Part shown: positions 42,301-55,853 of the stretch, one piece after another
How positions within the stretch are numbered: position 1 is the stretch's first letter
Layout: each line of letters begins with the position of its first letter
NCBI RefSeq assembly: GCF_001194135.2
Contig: NC_068990.1
Coordinates: 204,159 to 268,158 of the forward strand
DNA length: 64,000 nt
Direction: 5' to 3'
Origin: Octopus bimaculoides
Taxonomy: Eukaryota
Program-made: the position numbers and the translations under genes
Notes under the pieces: generated by a model
Seen by the model: only the letters and a program-made list of their open reading frames with translations
Told to the model about the DNA's origin: nothing
Databases searched by the model: none

Positions 42301-45300
42301 AGATTCAGCTGCTCACTTTTACACTGTTAATAGTTGTTAATAAAGAAGGGCATCCAGCTGTAGAAACTCTGCCAAATCAGATTGGAGCCTGGTGTAGCCA
42401 TCTGGTTTCACCAGTCCTCAGTCAAATCGTCCAACCCATGCTAGCATGGAAAGCGGACGTTAAACGATGATGATGATGATGATGATGATATTAGTTCTAA
42501 ATCTCTGAACGAGAGACATGCAGTAACAGTACTTCAGAGTAAAGTTTATTTGCCAACGTAAAGTGGCAGTCCTGATTAGGACGAATGTTACTACTATTTA
42601 GCCTCAGGAAAACATCTTCTCCAACATACATGTATATATTGTCATAAGATAGTTCATTGAGGGTGAGTGAAAAGGAAAAGCTAATGAAATTTCGTAGTGT
42701 ACAGTTACTACAAGGGAGATAACTTAAAGAGCAGGAGGAGTGTCCTAAATTTTACTTTTAAGACTGGTTGTGGCCGTCTGACTTTTACTAGCTTCAATGC
42801 GAAATTGAGCATAGTCAGTGTTAGATACAGCACACTTCATCTGTCTCGTTTTACCCCTCTGCCTTTCTCTGTCTCTGTCTTATGCTAACTCTCTTTCTCT
42901 ATTGCTAGCGGCTTCAGTATAGGCATACTCTCTTACTAACCACGTCTCTCGGGCAGCTCTCCAATGCAAGATGCTTTTGTTCATCCTACACTTTTGAAAA
43001 AGAACGAGTATCCCTGACTTACACCCTCTATTTCTTTTATACACTGATATGTAAGCCAATGAAAGAGCTTCCCTCATTCCCTCGATTGTTGTTATTTGAC
43101 CTTCTAGAAATAGCAGCCAAAATTCATTTGCAAAAAGAAAATGGGTACAACACCTTGGAAAATTTAGTTCTACATATATTGTCTGAAAAATAGATGGCTG
43201 GAATTCTGTTTGTCATAAGCATATTTGCTGAAGACCGACTTGGTACTAAACAGCAATACTTTGAATTCCTGTGCTAATTTTTACAAAATCATCTGAAAAT
43301 TTATAAACCATTCACAGTGGTGTTGGGCTAAATGAATAAAATAAGAAAATAAATATTTTCTTTCTTGTATGTATTCTTATTTTTTTAATGGAAATTTGGG
43401 TTTTTTTGTTTTATTCTTTCTGTAGTTTTATCGTGAAACATTGGAGACAACAGAAGATGTGAAAGCTGAGCCAGAGAGTTCTCCAAGTGAAGAGAAAAAT
43501 GGTGATTCTTCTAATGATGTTGAAATGAAAGAAGAAGGTGTTGACTCTCTTTCTTTAAGTATCTTGTTTACTATTTTCTTTTATGTCTTTCTCATGTCTC
43601 CTTTTTTCACTGTCTGTCTGTGTATCCTGTTGCTTTTTTTCTCTCAATGTCATGTGGACAAATACCAATATCTGAGGGTCCTGAAGTTCCTTTGTAAGCA
43701 ATTGTTGGACCCCTTTATAGGCTTTGTGGTGTGACAAGGGCCAATCATCTTCAAAGAATTTCCCTTCTCTCTAACTGGGGCTTTTAGCAGAATGTATTGT
43801 GTTGCACTCACTCAAATCAAAATAATGAGTTCACATGACGATCTATTGGTTACTACCAGTGTTGCCCTCCCAGGGACATGCAATACTATGTTTTACAATT
43901 TGTGTTTTAGGGTGTACAAGGGACGACAGGTTTTATATGCTTTTCAAAAAAATGCATTTTTCAAGGAGAGGTGCAAAATCTATTAGCCCCCCACTCTCCT
44001 TTTGTCTCTTGTCCTACTCCTCTTTCATTTATTCTGCTTGTTTTTTCCTCTCTCTCTATGTTTCTCAGTCTCTTTCTGTCTCTCCGTCTCTCTCACCAAC
44101 TACCTCTCTTTTGCTCTTCTCCCATCATCTATATAGACCTCTCCTCCTCCTCTCTCCCTTCCCTCTCTATCCTCTCTCTCCTCATCCCATTCTTCCTCTC
44201 TAATATGTCTGTCTTATATTTTAAGTAAACGAAGAGTCACCATCCAGTCGAGATGGAATCAGTGGAGAACAGCCAGAAAACTCCAATGATAGCAGTTCAG
44301 CAGTGCAGGCAGCTTTAGTTCGTCGCAAGCCAAAGAAGAGTGTGACGTGGGCAGATGATGGGAAGAATGACGAAACACACCTGCGACAGATATTTTATTT
44401 TGAGCTGGATGAGACAGAGCGAGGTAAGCTGAACTGCTGTTTGCTTTACCGATGTGTGGTTGTGTGGTCAGAAGTTTGCTTAGCAACCACAAGGTTTTGG
44501 GTTCAGCCCTACTGTGTGGCACTTTGGGTCAGTGTCTTCTCCTATAACCCCAGGCCAACCAAAGCCTTGTGAGTTGATTTGGTCGACAGAAACTGAAAGA
44601 AACTATGTGTGTGTGTGTGTTTCTTTATGTTTGTGTTTGCCTCTCACCACCTCTTGACAACTGGTGTTTGTTTGTTTACATCCCTGTAACTTAGCAGTTT
44701 GGCAAGAAGTGACTGATAGAATAAGTACTATGCCTAATAAAGTAGGTGCTGGGGTTGATTTATTTGTCTAAACCCTTCAAGGCAGTGCCCCAGCATGGCC
44801 ACCGTCCAATGACTGAAACAAATAAATGATAAGAGACAAAAGATATTCTCTTTTGGAATTGGTTTTATTGACGGAAAATCTAATGAAGAATTACTCATTT
44901 TTACCCCTCAGTTGTTATCTTCCTTTGTTCTTTGTCTTTGATCTTGATTATTTCTTCTATTTGCAGAAAATGTAAATCGACCCAAAGATTTTGATGCGAT
45001 GAAGAAAGAAGAGATGTTGATGGACAGAAGGGTAGGTTGTGTTTGTTTATCATTAAATTTCTGACAAAGTTTTTCCACTGTAACTACTTCAGGTAGAGGA
45101 TAAAGAATGCCATTTTATTTAGATTAATACTGATTTCTTACACAGGCACAAGGTAAAAGCATTTTAAAGAAAGCAGTTCATTTACTCTTTAGTATTCACA
45201 TCTGACCCAAATATTCCTACCAGTTTTATGTTCACACTGGCCAGATCCAACCTCTCACACCTATCCTTTAGTGTCATTTTAAAAATAAACAATCACATCA

Positions 45301-48300
45301 TTGAAATCTTGAAGCCTGATTAATTCAAAGCAGTGTGAATGAATGATCATCACATTTGACAGGGTAATCTGAATGCGAAAGGATTAAAAGATTCTTTTAT
45401 GCAGGCATCTGGCAACTCTGATGTTATTTCCTTTCTGTTTTCTAGGCTGTGAAACGTTTATGTCATGATACAATGAAAGAACAGATGACTGTAAGTATTA
45501 TTATCTTGTATTAAAACATTTAAATGCGAAATAAGGGTTTATTATTTTAAACTGATTTTGAAAATAAAAGTGGACACACTTGCTGATGAAGGGGCTCACA
45601 AAACTGGGCGTAGATTAAAATTTGTTATAAAATTTATGTTGACCGAGGTTCTAAGGTCTGCCTGATGGTTTGTCAATCTGGTTACATAAGCCGTTAGGCA
45701 AAACTTTAAAGTCCTAATCAGCATGAATTTTATATTAGATATTTATCATTTCTGTACTGCTTACCACATGTATGCACACACACATGCGTGCGTGCACACG
45801 CACACGCATCAGTGTACTTTTAAACAAATGATACCCACTCTTCACTTTTCCTTGACCCCATGCACCCTAACCCTTATTCACTAAGAACATAAAGACCTCA
45901 CTGTAGCTATGCATTGGTTCTGTTAATGATCTCGAAACGTTCCTTAATAAAGAGTATGAGATCATATTTCCCTCAACAATGCAATCATACAATCATGGCA
46001 CATCAATGTAGCAACAATTTTGTACTACACTCTCTTTAATGATAAGCATCACACAGTTAAAACCTCCTACGTTGCTACAAATAATTTCCTTGTTCATTAT
46101 CCAAAAGGATGCTATTGGGCTAAGTGGCAAATACTCTTTTACTAATATGTTAAGACTCCTGGCCCAAAGACCTGCTCTTTCTTCTCTCTGCTTCTTTTAT
46201 TCAAACTCTAATTATTGCTGCTTACTCTGAACCAGTAAACTACACATCATCTCTGCTCCAGCCTGGCCAGCACATCTTCCTCTCTCTTCGTCTTTTATCG
46301 TCCTGACACAGCTCTGCTTCATTTATGCAACTCTTAACATTTCAGCAATTGCTCTGCCTCAGCCAGCCTCTGCGGAAGTTCAAAGACACCAGCTTCATAA
46401 GTGTGTGAGGAACCACAAAGATCTTATGTGCTCCTCCTCCTCCTCCTCCTCCTCCTGATTGATTAATTAATTAATAATGGAAAAATGCTAGCACAGTTTC
46501 TAATAATGAGCTAATTGATTGCCTTTGTGTTTGGTAGAAATAAGAGCTGTTTAAATTTGGTTGATTTAAATGTCATAACTGCTAGTAGAAATAAACAAGA
46601 TTTTGTCCACTCTGTTAGTAGAACACTAGGAGAGTTGTTCCCATCTTCTTTAGTAGATCTAAACGTCTTAACTGCTGGGAGGAATAAATGGCATGATTGT
46701 CCATACTGCCAGTAGAAACAGGAGAAATATTTCTATCTTCTCTGGTAGAAATTGTTATTACTGCTGCTATAACAAGTGATCAATTTTCTTTCTTTCTTTC
46801 TTTTTTTTTTTTTGCTACTGATAGAAATCACATTAGTCTCTACGTATTATCTAAAAATGGTATTGTCAAGGTTTTCTCAACACAACTGCTTGACCTGCAA
46901 TAAACAACAATCAAATCACCACCAAATCAAACCATACCACTTTGAAAATATGATGGAATTATTGGATGTCATGGTTGTAGATACCACCACAAAGACAGAA
47001 TGGTCAGAGTTGGAATGGCTTTAACCATGTCTGCTCATTTAGAATTGACTGTTAAACAACAATATCAGATGTCTTTGTTGTCCAGCTTATCATTGTTATT
47101 AGAAAGGGCAACACTATTGTTTCTTCCAAATGTGATATGTCTTCTATTGCCCCACCCCAACTTTTTGAGAAGATATCATTATTTTTAAATGTAAGTCACA
47201 GATTGAAGCGTTAATTTTCATAAAAAAAAAATTTTAAGCTTATTAACAAGAACCCATTTCAGAAATTTTGATTGGTATATTTGTCATGTGATTGTCTTGT
47301 ACTTGCAGTGGCAAAAACTATTGCCTTTTGAAGGCCACACACTGACAGAGAATGGCTGCAACAGTGTGGAGAAAGAAATTCAAAAGCAGAGGGAGCAAGG
47401 TGTACTTCAAGCCCTATATTTTTCCAAGCATATGTAAGTAAATTTCCATTCCTTCATATCAATAAAATTTGCATTTTTTAACAAGGACAGTGCTTTTCCT
47501 TTCTTGTAAATGTTTAGCAATGTTGTGTTTGCTGTCATGTTGGTCCATGTCAGCCATGACCAGCTAGACCTGCGCCAAACAGGGAGTTGGCTGAATGACT
47601 AGGCATGACTCACTATTATTCAGAATGAATCTGGTTTCCACATAACTGACGCAACATGACACACTCCAACATGTGGTGATCAACTGTATGTAATACAGTG
47701 TGACAGCCTGCTACATGTTGCACTTTTCAAACTGCTCAGTTTATCTCTATTTGCCTCTAGATTCTGGTGGTATCACTGAAGAGGACCCAGTTGTTCTTTT
47801 GCACATTTTATTGGTGTTTTGCATCACAGGACAGTCTTCAGAGTGAGTGCGGTTGTTGTTGCTGCTATTTCTGTCAGCTGAGTGTGAGAAATCATGTTTT
47901 TAGGATGCTGTTATGTTGTAGTAGTGTTCTTGGAAATTGTATATTCCTGGATGTTTGGAGGTGACTTATGTAAGAAGGACACCGTAAACTGAAGCTTGCT
48001 ACAGCCACAAGCTGTACCTCTTGCATATTCAGGTGGGCTACAGCTTTTACACAATCACTCAACCAGCTAGAATAAACAGCCAAATCTCATTAAAACTTCG
48101 CCCCACTATTTCAAAAACTCATACTGGATGAGGTAGCTATGTATATAATGTCACAGAAAAAAAGAGATCATAGTTTGTGTATGTATCAAATCTTGTAAGC
48201 TAAGTAATATTTTGGCATCATAGGTGTGATGTTAGGCATGGTCCTGTCATTGTTATACCACTAACCCTAACATCTAGTTCTGATTGCTCCAGATTGAACT

Positions 48301-50054
48301 GTGGTTGCAATCTCACTTGTCAGAACATCAGCCATATTGGTCTTGGTCTTGTGAAATTTATAGGTACAGCCCCCCCCCATCCCTTCTATTGATCAAGCTC
48401 CACCTTCTCCCATGCACAAACAAGTTTCTTTAACTGAGATGAAACAACATTCCACTCCTTGCTTCCAAGCTGTGTGGTTGTTTGGCATTCTGTTATAGAA
48501 AATCTGCCACAACAAATACCATCTGGCCCATGGTTGGTGTTAAATGATGGCAAACTTATATGTGTGTGTGTATATATATCATCACCATCATCGTCTAATG
48601 TCTGCTTTCCATGCTGGCATGGGTTGGACGATTTGACTGAGGACTGGTGAAACCGGATGGCTACACCAGGCTCCAATCTGATTTGGCAGAGTTTCTACAG
48701 CTGGATGCCCTTCCTAACGCCAACCACTCAGAGCGTGTAGTGGGTGCTTTTACGTGTCACCCGCAGGAATAAATATATATATATATATATATATAAAGTG
48801 TAGTATATTGCCACTTAAGTGTGGCTGACCCCTAGGGGNNNNNNNNNNNNNNNNNNNNNNNNNNNNNNNNNNNNNNNNNNNNNNNNNNNNNNNNNNNNNN
48901 NNNNNTAGGGGTGGATGTTACTGTTGCTTTTAGCCCCAGGAGGACATCTCCTCCAGCTGGCTTATCGACATACGACTGTGTCCTGTTTGCCAAGGGAAAG
49001 CAACAGTAACATCCACCCCTAGGGGTCAGCCACACTTAAGTGGCAATATACTACACTTTATCGTGCAGTTACTGTTAATACTTCATTTAGAGAATTAACA
49101 TTGCTTATATATATATATATATATATATATGTTATTAGTCGATTGTTCTGAAGTCAGAAAAAATGTACCCTCTAAAAGAGAATTTGAGCATTTATACTTT
49201 TACATTGTCGAGAAGTATATTCCTGGTGAATGCATTATAACTGGTCAGAAAGTTATTCGTTTTGCATCTACTATTGCGCAGTAATAATTGATGTGAAACG
49301 AATAGTGTACGTATCAAGAGTTACTTCCCCTACTGTTAAATCCCATGTTGTTCCTGATGTTTTATTTATTTAGTTGTTTATATGTTTCTCAGTTACCTTC
49401 AAATATCCTGTCTTTTATTGACTAGTCAAACGCAGTTGCAGTGTTCCTGAAAACAGTTTTTCATTAGTTGGTGGCATGGAGGGGATTCAGCAGTGACACA
49501 TTGCCATTGTCATTAGTTCTGTTGTTATTAAGTTTGTTGTTTGTTGTAAAACAATCTCTTGGGGAGTCACATGTCAGGTATTCAAACAAGGTGGCCTGCC
49601 CATCTGACTTGTGCTCTCCTCAGCAGAGTGTAAATGCTTGGAAAATCAGCTCAAGAGAGGACCTCCACATATGGGGCCTTGTCTTGCCAGGTGATTTTCA
49701 AAAGCTTTCTCAAACAGTTCATGTAGAAGCTGTTTAGCTGTTTGGCTACAACATAACTAGACAGTCCCTACTGAACAAATGTAATAGCAATAACCTGTTA
49801 CTAGTGGTACATGTTGAATTAAGCAAGTAGTCAGTGAATCATCATCATATTATCATTAAGCCAGACCAGCATGGAAAATGGATGTTAATTGATGATGTTC
49901 AGTGGCTGTCTGAGATTAAGGCGCTCTCTATACCTTTTTCTCTCTATCTTTTTACATCTTCTTCTGTTCAGGTTCCTTTGTACAGCATCTTGGGAAAGTG
50001 CCTTCAACTATTGCCTTGGGTTGATTAATGTCTTGTGAGGTGACTGGGAAGCCA

Positions 50055-50105
<51 letters not shown>

Positions 50106-51380
50106 GTGTCGAAGTATGGAAGCTGTTACCTTTTGCATCTTGCATGAGATCTCTAAAGAAAGTAAAATGGTGGTGTTGTGCTTACATTCTCAGTGGACAT
50201 TGCATTGTGTAGCTCTGAGCTCTTGAAGTGGTGAAATGAAAAAAAAAAAATCCCTTACTTACAATAATGGTAAAAGGTTGACAAGTGGAAGAGCAACCTC
50301 CCAAAATAATGCTACTTTAAACTAGCATCTGTCCATCCTCTGTCAGCATGGGAAAACAAAAGACTTACAGTAATTAAATGAACAATCCTCTCTCTCCTAG
50401 GTTACCAGATGGACCAAGTGAACCAGATTTAGAACCTGTTGAACAGGAAGAACATAAAGTAATTCCTCTGGAAGATGTAAGTATATAATTACCAAAGTTT
50501 AGCACCAATGTCAGTATATATAGAACAATATCACATGACTATTTTAATTTACCCCCCACCAACACTTGTCTCACAGTGCAGTACATGTCACAATAAGTTA
50601 CAGTTATGAACTTAAAGATACAAGTAGGTGTGTGTAATGTTGTTACTTTAACATTCACAAGCATCAGGGCTAGGTCTCTCCATTTGGAGGATGCTGCCCT
50701 CCTTTCTCCTTCCCACCAATCTCAGGGACCTTGTAAAGGATTATGGGGATTACTCAATCATCATGGTCATGATCAGTGGAGGCACATGGCTTAGTGGTTA
50801 AGGTGTTGGACTCATGATTGTAAGATTGTGGTTTTGATTCCTGGACCAGGCAATGTATTGTGTTCTTGAGCAAAACACTTCATTTCACATTGCTCCAGTC
50901 CACTCAGCTGGCAAAAATGAATAATCTTGCAACAGACTGGTGTCCTGTCCATGTGGGGAATTTATATGCTTTGGAAACTGGACAACTGGCCCTTGAGTCA
51001 GCATGATTTGAAAAGGTAACCTTTACCTTTTTTTTTATGATCATGGTCATAATCATCATCATCATTTAATGCCCTCTTTTCCCATGTTGGATGATTTGGC
51101 ATTAACAGATGAGCCAGAGGGCTGATCCAATTACCAGTGTCTGTTTTGGCATTGTTTCTACAGTTGGATGCCCTTCCTAATGCCAACTGCTTTACAGAGT
51201 GTATTGGGTGATTTTTTTTTCATGGCACTAGTATTGGTGAGGTCACCTGCAAGGTAAGATCCCTCAACTGACTTGGTATAGTAGTGTGGGATATGAAGAT
51301 ATGATCAAGGGACACGAGCAAATATCTCAGTGTAGAGTTAAATACATACCTGTCTGATAAACAGAGAGAATGAGATAGAG

Positions 51381-51465
<85 letters not shown>

Positions 51466-52968
51466 TAGGCTACAAGGTGAATGTGAAAGACAAATATGTT
51501 TGACTGTGTGGTTAGGAAGCTTGCTTTCTAGCCACATGGTTTCAAGTTCAGTCCCACTGTATGGCAACTTGGGCAAGTGTCTTCTGCTATAACCTCAGAC
51601 TGACTGAAGCCTTGTGATTGAATCTGGTAGGTGGAATTTATCCTCATGTGTGTACATGTGTGTGCCAGTGCTTGTGCCTCTTAACAGAGAGCCTATTCAT
51701 GCTGATCATGGTTTACTTCTTTGTCCATTATCATTTAAACTGGCCACATCCAACCAAAATATGCTACCTGTTCTATGTTGAAACCAGATCCAGCCTGTCA
51801 CACCTACTCTATAATGTCATTACAAAACCATCACATCATCAAAATTTTGAGGCTATAAAATAATGCATGATAATTAACAACAATATGAATGTAAAATCCT
51901 TGCATTTAACAGAATAATCTGAATGCTAAAGGGTCGAAGAAGTAAAAGGAATACACTACTTATGTCTTATCTTTCTTTCTCTGTCTCTCTCATAGTCTCT
52001 TTGTCTGTTTCTGTTTGTCTGTCTCTCCTTTTCTCTTTCTTAGTCTTCTCTTCATTTGATATTTCACTTACTGGATGTATTCTGGGCCTTTCTGTCATAT
52101 CTGTGTTTCCCCCACTTGTTATATTTTTTACCAGGAGCATGCATCGGTTGGTGAGGAACAAGAATACTCCTATGATCACACGCAAGACATTGTAGCCCCA
52201 ATGGAAGGAATGGATCAAGGAGCTTCGGCTGGGGTCAACTTGCCACCAGAACTAGCTAACTTGATGGCCTCTCTCCAGCCACAGATTCAACCCCCACCAC
52301 AACCAGACAACACTGCAATGATGGATCATACTCCGAGTCCTGTGGTGGCTAATGTCCAGAATTTGCTCTTCTCTTTGATGGGAAACTCGGGTAATGATTA
52401 TGGCAAACAGGATGAAATGACCGAGAAGTTGAAGCAAATTTTGGAACCTCTGAAAAATCAACTTCCTGGTTTGTAAAATATTTGATGGTGTTTCTGTATG
52501 TGATGTTGTGTTTGTTGTTGTTTAATATGGCAAAGCTGTTTGGTTAAGAAGGTTGCTTAAAAAGAAAAAAACCAGGTGATTCTGACTTAGTTCAATTTCA
52601 TTATATGGCACCTTAGGCAAACGTTTTCTATCCCTAAACTAGGGTTGAAAAATGACGTTTGGTAGCTGCAAAGCTTGTTCTGTGTGTGTGTGTATTTATA
52701 TCTATATATATATATATATTAGAGGCAAATATGCAGATAAACTAAATATAACAGCTTGGGTTTGGTATACAATAGATATATATGTGTATACATGTAAACA
52801 AAGAAAGCAAAGACTGAAGATTTTCAGGTGATGAATATTCAAGTATAAATATATAGATATTTATATATTGATAGTTCAAACTTACTTAGAGTACAAACGA
52901 CAGAGAAAAGTAAAGGGGAGAAGGTAAGGTGTTATAAGTTCAACAACTATTTTTGGGGGCTCTGAGAT

Positions 52969-53024
<56 letters not shown>

Positions 53025-53686
53025 TAGATAGATAGATAGATAGCTTTATGGATATAGATATATACATACCCATATGCATACTGGTAAAAATTCAGTTAAA
53101 ATGAAATTGAATGGCTATGAAAAGAAATTCTCAATGAAAATTTTGTTATAATGGAGTACAGACATGACCATGTGGTTGAAAAGTTCACTTCTTAAGATAC
53201 TGTCTCATTGCATGACACCTTGGATAAGCAGGATGTAATGGCTGAGAAGTTGAAGCCAATTTTCGAACCACTGAGAAACTAATTATAGTTCCTGTCCAAT
53301 GAAATGCCTTGTGAAGGAATTTGGAAAATGGTAATTGGAAAGAGGCATGTCATAGTATGTCTATATCATGACAGTGATCATGATCGTCTTCATCATTTAA
53401 CTTTCACTTTTTCCATGCTTGATGGGTCAGATGGAATTTGTTGAGGCAGATTTTTCCTTATTAGAATTGTAGGGCAGTAGTTATTAGCTCATTTCTAGAT
53501 CTGTGAACGAAGACAGCCACTATGTTATAAAAATTGTACAGCATGCAATATGATTGGTTAATGTGGTTCGAGTTGTAGATATGGGAGACAACTCTAGGCC
53601 TGCTTTACTTTCATTGATAACCGTCAGTGTATGCAAATTTTAGGTAAAAAGATACAACTGGATCAAATACATATATATATTTTTAA

Positions 53687-53732
<46 letters not shown>

Positions 53733-53766
53733 NNNNNNNNNNNNNNNNNNNNNNGAGAGAGAGAGA

Positions 53767-53813
<47 letters not shown>

Positions 53814-54989
53814 GAAGAAAGAACTGTTTATAAACTTATGTTCTCTTTGAAACGTATAGGTTTCTTTTAGGGGAAATGAAAAATTGGAAATCCAAACATG
53901 TTCTATACTAAGCAGTAGAGTGCTTTCCATCTCTGACAGACTTTACACAGGTTATGGGGAAACTGTGGTCTGCAAAACGTTTTGAATGGCTTGCCTAAAC
54001 GAAAAATTATCTGGAATTGTTTTAATAATATGGACTGCCTGATGATGAGCTGTGTTTAGTGTGTCCTACTTTTCTGGAAAAGGAATTTCCATACCGGCTT
54101 TACACCTCCCAGTCTCTGTTACTAGTTGTTCTTACACCTAGGTGCTTCTACTCCAGTTTTCCTTGTTTTCTATGTTTGTCACATTTTCAGTACATTTCTG
54201 ATATGTTTTTTCCCTTTCATTTCCCAGGTTTAGGTGGTGCCCCAATGCAGCCTCCTCAAGACTATCCTCCAGAGTATATAGATAACTGGCATGAAGGTTC
54301 ACTAGACTGTCCACCACCAGGTGCTAGATGTCCTAATCCGGGTCTTCAAGGAATGCCTGGTCCACCCGGCCCATTTGGCCCTTGTCCTCCAGGGCCTGGT
54401 CTTGGGCCTGGACCTGGACCTGGACCTGGAGGACATGGTCCTGGACTAGGCCCTGGTCCTGGACCAGGCCCTGGGTTTGGACCTGGACCTGGTTTTGGAC
54501 CAGGACCTGGTCATGGACCAGGCCCAGGATGTGGACCTGGCCCAGGACACGGACATGGGCCGGGCCCAGGATGTGGTCCAGGTCCTGGCCCAGGACCTGG
54601 ACCATGTCAAGACCAAGGCCCTGGTCATATGAGAGGAAATCGCTCAGGTCGTAACTATCCACCTCGTAATAATAGATCAATGCCTCAGGGAATGCGAGGA
54701 CGACAAGGACGTAATGGAAGAGGTATGTACTTAGAATTTTTATACTGAATTATTATTATTATTATTATCAAGGCTGTGAGCTGGCAGAGTTGTTAGCATG
54801 CTTGGCAGCATTTCATCTGTCTTTACGTTCTGAGTTCAAATTCCGCTGAGGTCAACTTTGCCTTGCATCCTTTTGGGGTCAATAAATTAAGTAGCAGTAA
54901 AATTATTGGGGTTGACCTAATCAACTCGTCCCCTCCCACCAAATTTCAGGCTTTGTGCCTTTAGTAGAAAGAATTATTATTATTATTAG

Positions 54990-55030
<41 letters not shown>

Positions 55031-55800
55031 GCATAATGTAGTGAGTTGCATTAACTCAGACAAAATGCTCGGTGGCATTCCATCTGCCTTTATGTTCTGA
55101 ATTCACAATCCATTGTGGTTGGTTTTGCCATACATCCTTTCAGGGTTAATAAAATAAATACGTAAGTAACTAGCCTGCTCCCTCCAAAAATTTCAGGCCT
55201 TAAAGCCTATAGCAGAAAGGACTACTACTGCTGCTGCTACATTCATTATTATGTTAAGTTGAAATATCATTGAGGTCAAGTTTGTCTTTTATCTTTATAT
55301 AGGTAACAGAATAAAGTTCTTGTGTAGCAAGTCCAGACATGGCTATGTGGTTAAGAAGCTTGCTTAACGACTACATAGTTCTAGGTTTGATCTCACTCTA
55401 TGTCACCATAGGCAAGTGTCTTCTATCAAAGCCTTGGTTTATGGCTCATAACTTGGGAGTAGAATTTAGTGCACAGAAACGGTGGAGAATTTCCTACTTT
55501 GCACTAACTGATCTGTCAAAGTTAAATAAGTACGCAGTGCAAAGCTCTCAGGCTGTGAGCCTCTTCTGTACCTTTACAGCTATATAAAAGGATATATTTG
55601 CTGTTGAATGTTGAGTTCTGTCTCCTCTGTTTGTACCATGAAGCCTATATTTCATCATCATCATCATCATTTAACATCTGTTTTCCATGCTTGCATGGAT
55701 TGGATGGCTTGACAGGAACTGGCAAGGCCAGGGGCCACACCAGATTCCCATTCTCTGTTTTGGCTTAGTTTCTATAGCTTGATGCCCTTCCTACCAACAT

Positions 55801-55853
<53 letters not shown>

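Noticed and set aside
41490-42380. Direct duplication of about 310 bp
   Set aside because: Identical copies around an N gap; likely haplotype or assembly redundancy.
45583-45613. CTGATGAaggggctcacaaaactgggcgtag
   Set aside because: It lacks GAAA and has no stem I or stem II pairing.
54333-54680. Overlapping alternative-frame and antisense ORFs in the Pro-Gly exon
   Set aside because: Expected by-product of a GC-rich codon repeat; no independent splice or start signals.
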